DNA from: an archaeon
GTDB lineage: Archaea; Iainarchaeota; Iainarchaeia; Iainarchaeales; CSSED10-239
Assembly (NCBI GenBank): GCA_041677685.1
Contig: JBAYPN010000004.1
Location: 1 to 32,000 of the forward strand
DNA: 32,000 bases
Direction: 5' to 3'
The position numbers were made by a program, and so were the translations under genes. Below the pieces are notes generated by a model, which worked only from the letters and a program-made list of their open reading frames with translations, was not told the DNA's origin and searched no databases. Position 1 is the stretch's first letter, and each line of letters begins with the position of its first letter. This document shows positions 29,001-32,000 of the stretch, in pieces.

Positions 29001-31045
29001 TCTCACACCATACAGATTATTCAGGATCACTGGCTGGTAAAAACACAAAGGATGCAGACAAAGTTAATTTGATTACAGCAATTGAAAATGAAGAAACCTG
29101 TTCAGCTAAGATAAGAGACTTAGAAGTTTTAGGAGTACCAATTGGTTTTACAACAAGCTGGACTGGTAAAAATTATAGAGCAGGTCTTGTTGCAGCAACC
29201 TACACAACTCTTGCTTACACTGTTCTGTCAGCCCCACAACACAGAATTTTACTTGGAACAATTTTTGGTGTGCTTATCCCTCAAAGTCTAATAATCCCAC
29301 AAGTCCACAATTGTGTAGATGATGAAGAAGGTTATTACACCCACATCTTTGTTTCAAAAGAAGAATATGAAAGAATAGAAAAAGATCCAAAAAACAAAAT
29401 TGGAGACTTGATTTCAAAAGGTGCAGAAGGTATTGAACAAAAAATAGAAGGAGTAACCAAAGGCACACAACTAGAGGAATCTGTTAAAAAAACAACACAA
29501 GATGTTAAGCAATTTGCAGAAACAAAAATGAAAGACAACCCAATTGTTCAAGCAAGATTTGAAACAAAAGGAAATTCTTCAGCCTCAATTAATGGTAGAC
29601 TGTTCTTCTTAGAGCTTGGAAAGAATACCACTTGTAGGGCAAGTGCATATAATGACAAGGGTGTAGAGTACTTAAAGAATAATCAATTAAATGAAACATT
29701 AATTATAAATAAAGAAAATGGAACCTTAGATATTCTTGATTCAGATGGCACTCTTAAAAACATAATTGATAGTAAAAACAAAGACTGGGTCAGATTAATG
29801 GCTACAAATTTAGGAATTCCAGCAAAGGTTATTCCCCACAGCCTAAGTTACATCCCACTTCCTGATGACAACTCTCCTTTGTTTACAATGGATATTTATG
29901 GAAATCTTTCAATTGAAAATATGAGCTTTTTAGATTGCTTTAGAAAAAACTATGAGGCACAGACAGGTTTAGAGTTAAGAGGTAATCAATTAACAGACAT
30001 CTTAGGTAGTGTGAAGATGGCAACCACCACAAACCCACTTAACCCTTCTACTCAATATGACATGATACCAAAAGGTAAAGACAATGTTAATGAGATTCTG
30101 GCAGAAGGAGTCCCAAGAAAGTCAGCTCAAGGCAATTCTGCAAAGATGACAATCTTAGGAGACAGATACACAAAGTTATACCCAGTTAATAATAAAGAAG
30201 AGACTTTTGGTCAAAATATCTCAATTCAATTTGAAAGAGGTCAGTTGATCTATAATGGGGAAAAGAATAGTTACATCCTTTGGGTTGAACAAACCTACTC
30301 CATGCATCAATCTGAAATTGGAGGGCTAAACACTTCTGTTAAAAAATACACAAATCCAGAAACTGGTTGTGAAGAGTTTGCACTTGGCTTTAGTGTTAAC
30401 CCTGTAGAGAATAATGAAGATGCAAAAAATAAATCTAAAGAAATGAACAAAGCTTTAGAAAAGGTAGGTCCTTTCCAATTGTTTGAAACTGCAACAAAAA
30501 CCTTCATATTTTATACAACTCCTGCTCCTGAGTGTGAGAAGAGAATGAAGATTATTGATAAGCTTACAGGAAAGGTAATAACTGACCAAGCAATTACAGA
30601 CATTATTGAAACCCCAAATGGAATGATTGTTAAGACTGCTGATGGGGCTGAACATAACTTTGAGTTTAGTGCAGAAGATGGAGTCCCAAAATTAAAATAT
30701 AATGATGAACTTGAAACCTTACTTTCTGCTCAAGGTAAAAATGGATCCTTTTGGTATGACCCTGCAACTGGTAACTGGTATACAGAGAATGGACACCTTA
30801 TCCCTTTTGACCCACAATATAAGGATGGAATGATGTTTAAAACAGGAGAGGATGGTAAAGTTTATGGAACTCCTGCAGAAAACCCCATGAATATTAACAT
30901 AGGAAGTTCAGGTTCTGAGAAAAGTGGTTTTAATATACCATTGTCTCCAGAAAAAGTTATTCCACTATCTTTATATTTGTTCATAATCATAATGTCAATA
31001 ATGTATATAAACAACAGAAAAGGGAATATAAAAAAAGAGAAATAA
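26045..31045 (+). CDS. Giant (1666 aa) secreted, C-terminally membrane-anchored surface protein of unknown family
   Basis: Sec-type signal MKFEKNVSKIISIFFLILFINSIFA|YN. C-terminal TM VIPLSLYLFIIIMSIMYI followed by the basic tail NNRKGNIKKEK. At least 15 N-x-S/T sequons and locally paired Cys. Confidence 0.75.
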   Translation: MKFEKNVSKIISIFFLILFINSIFAYNVDFSRFDNPTESANNFYLLDSDIKTDFGGGCYTEELPSDAVERIWNELLVKGFKVDIVSSDQPAKTDRDSLEKSDVMLTNQDSKGGDIIMKKEMPSQEMDPLEIPTILGQSCYGPFSYGINLTETIRIGKCENDTNSACYLESDGLFRQNGNEGFWTEMEAVGKDVLDMVGVNILKQEAGEIINPDYDYNTDVDLGIFTEMSYEELAFFKSIQLDDANKDTINLERTKAIMDKAIQNSVKTEIFNSGMETTCSGENCYINVYSLFDKMFNQFFSADLVATSVSPLLWKFSSRIFSGIGNVAKKQFGIESAGQKLLKNGTIKKGHFWDNVLNNNNSPMKALKKTMDIRVAERNIGRYADNLSSSYSSIEKQLNRYDLKPQFEKYLKSLKSKKNIEEITNEFFKSAEFTKLNKPQQRIFFEIAQKYQTNLKITQIFQEQLGKDIDDILSATTTVRGASIPRKDILSNSKYTLDDFYRSLTKEEYETLLSKQQKMNQLNKSWGDYTNGHVSWDDGVENLNVVKNRSFTIHNPATGEDELTLINKVKKLDQTIPGSLGELPAGSKALVPTDPTKSIGTGFDKMAQTKKVTVTFSDGSTAEITKLIPYKESEISSIGQQFFASDLPKFQSRPDIYIEYLSKSGATKKVRATNLIVDDIDQVGSLKWFSVDDVAMLTDDEIIKYGYDPFELAYGYSTTKGTGIIKTMDAVNDKVVKVMEDQGWVTGRGVNWINQQMKAQDTSSYQKKAFNMLTRNGQAYIKNWVYWEVQTAGNTLPFIGDTFSKYSMYQLPETYTSVKIDHQLSGEIYNDSYIDFFVNTGSDQGDLFMQYLNSMVFWLVNIGKEVLDETDWKATQAISDWGKQITEGQIRRSSVDDVAVFTDGENGGCDKACSIKIGNSQLLEKTTLEKSLKTDTNVENQTPMPQKLEKVNIIYSTPSGITIPNYILENTDPKNIEEEGQTLISFSHHTDYSGSLAGKNTKDADKVNLITAIENEETCSAKIRDLEVLGVPIGFTTSWTGKNYRAGLVAATYTTLAYTVLSAPQHRILLGTIFGVLIPQSLIIPQVHNCVDDEEGYYTHIFVSKEEYERIEKDPKNKIGDLISKGAEGIEQKIEGVTKGTQLEESVKKTTQDVKQFAETKMKDNPIVQARFETKGNSSASINGRLFFLELGKNTTCRASAYNDKGVEYLKNNQLNETLIINKENGTLDILDSDGTLKNIIDSKNKDWVRLMATNLGIPAKVIPHSLSYIPLPDDNSPLFTMDIYGNLSIENMSFLDCFRKNYEAQTGLELRGNQLTDILGSVKMATTTNPLNPSTQYDMIPKGKDNVNEILAEGVPRKSAQGNSAKMTILGDRYTKLYPVNNKEETFGQNISIQFERGQLIYNGEKNSYILWVEQTYSMHQSEIGGLNTSVKKYTNPETGCEEFALGFSVNPVENNEDAKNKSKEMNKALEKVGPFQLFETATKTFIFYTTPAPECEKRMKIIDKLTGKVITDQAITDIIETPNGMIVKTADGAEHNFEFSAEDGVPKLKYNDELETLLSAQGKNGSFWYDPATGNWYTENGHLIPFDPQYKDGMMFKTGEDGKVYGTPAENPMNINIGSSGSEKSGFNIPLSPEKVIPLSLYLFIIIMSIMYINNRKGNIKKEK

Positions 31046-31078
31046 TAGAAAAAGAAAAATATTAGAAAATTTAGATTT

Positions 31079-31330
31079 TTACTCAATTCTTGTAAAAAAA
31101 TCTATTTTTTTTAAGTCTAGAGGTTTTTTAGGTTTCTCTTTTTTTTTTTCAATTTCTTTTCTTCTAGTCTCAATTTTTTGTCTTCTAATTTCAATTTCTT
31201 TTTTTAATTTTTCAGCATTTGTTTTTGAAGTATCTAAATTTGTTTTTGATTTTTTTACTGTGGGTTTTTTTACAGATGGTGTTTTTGGTTTAAAACAAAA
31301 TACTTTTCTTTTTAAAGGTCCCATACTCAA
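31079..31330 (-). CDS. Hypothetical small Lys-rich protein
   Basis: 83-aa ORF, very basic and low in complexity. The coding status is uncertain. Confidence 0.3.
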   Translation of the reverse strand: MSMGPLKRKVFCFKPKTPSVKKPTVKKSKTNLDTSKTNAEKLKKEIEIRRQKIETRRKEIEKKKEKPKKPLDLKKIDFFTRIE

Positions 31331-31406
31331 TCACATTTATGATGCTTTAATTTCTTAAAATCACATCTACTAATATAGTAAATCATAAGGTTAATAAAAG
31401 TAACAG

Positions 31407-31452
31407 ATTGTTTCTATGTGTTTTTACTAATTGTTTCTATGTGTTTTTATTA
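31407..31452. repeat. 23-bp direct repeat x2 (attgtttctatgtgtttttacta / ...atta)
   Basis: Read directly. One mismatch between the copies. It lies in the lysS upstream region. Confidence 0.85.
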
Positions 31453-31539
31453 ATTTTATAATTATCTAAGAATATATAGGTTTAAAAGAATTTATACACA
31501 TATATTATATATAAATAAAAACAATTTGAGGAATTAACA

Positions 31540-32000
31540 ATGGGCAGAATAGAAGAACAAGAACAAAGTAGACTTAATAATTTTAATTATTTAAAAGAAA
31601 ATAATATTAATCCATATCCTTATACCTTTAACAAGACTCATAATTCTAAAGACATTATTGACAAACATAGTAACCTAGAAAAAGATACTTATTCTTCAGA
31701 AACAGCAAGCATCTCTGGAAGACTTTTATTAATTAGAAACTTAAAAAAAATTATATTTTTAGATTTACATGACATGACAGGAAAGATCCAATTGGTTGCA
31801 AAGGAGTCAGAAATTTCTAAAGAACAATTAGAATTAATTAATAAACTAGATGTTGGGGACATTGTTGGAGTTACAGGCAAAATATTTAAAACAAAGAGAG
31901 GAGAAGTCTCAATTGATGTTCAAGAAATTACTTTTCTTTCAAAATCATTTTTACCATTACCTGACAAATGGCATGGCTTGCAAGATCCTGAAATTAAGTA
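31540..32000 (+). CDS. lysS: Lysyl-tRNA synthetase, class II (5' part; continues beyond the window)
   Basis: My own translation: MGRIEEQEQSRLNNFNYLKENNINPYPYTF...ISGRLLLIRNLKKIIFLDLHDMTGKIQLV...DVGDIVGVTGKIFKTKRGEVSIDV...LPLPDKWHGLQDPEIK. This is the N-terminal OB anticodon-binding domain and linker typical of class II LysRS. GAGG RBS at 31528. Confidence 0.85.
   Translation, partial: MGRIEEQEQSRLNNFNYLKENNINPYPYTFNKTHNSKDIIDKHSNLEKDTYSSETASISGRLLLIRNLKKIIFLDLHDMTGKIQLVAKESEISKEQLELINKLDVGDIVGVTGKIFKTKRGEVSIDVQEITFLSKSFLPLPDKWHGLQDPEIK

Noticed and set aside
30730-30880. Cell-wall-binding or YD/RHS-type repeat at the C-terminus of the giant protein (FWYDPATGNWYTENGHL...DGKVYG)
   Set aside because: Only one weak, motif-like occurrence was found. 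No repeated array of such units is visible.
1-32000. tRNA or rRNA genes, transposases, integrases or prophage boundaries
   Set aside because: No GC-enriched islands or cloverleaf-compatible segments appear in the intergenic regions. No ORF has transposase or integrase motifs, and there are no long terminal inverted repeats.

Overview
The window is strongly AT-rich and tightly packed, with genes often abutting or overlapping. By inference it comes from a small-genome archaeon, possibly DPANN-like. The evidence is a run of archaeal-style class III (prepilin) signal peptides ([KR]-[GA]-Q followed by a hydrophobic helix), a FlaJ/TadC-like platform protein, TATA-like tttaaata boxes and GGAGG-type ribosome binding sites. 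A CPR bacterium is not fully excluded.

Positions 1-16.6 kb are mostly housekeeping and transport genes: a FAD dehydrogenase, a membrane-anchored ArsR-type regulator, a GltP-type symporter, an ICMT-family methyltransferase, GtrA, an AI-2E transporter, CorA, a U32 peptidase, an alpha/beta hydrolase, a PolB-like 3'-5' exonuclease with a Lys-rich partner, an NCS2 permease, a SAM methyltransferase coupled to an oversized CofE-like protein, endonuclease IV and a ferredoxin.

Positions 16.8-31.0 kb look like a cell-surface island. It holds a 743-aa two-domain T2SS-F/FlaJ-like platform protein and then 7-8 pilin-like genes. One pilin gene is tandemly duplicated along with its promoter, and the second copy is broken by a 5-nt aaaag duplication. 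Next come a charged K/E-rich protein, a small membrane protein, and a 1666-aa protein with a Sec signal and a C-terminal anchor but no domain I recognise. No pilus ATPase or prepilin peptidase lies in the window. A class II lysS starts at 31540 and runs off the end.

I saw no rRNA, tRNA, CRISPR array, transposase or integrase.
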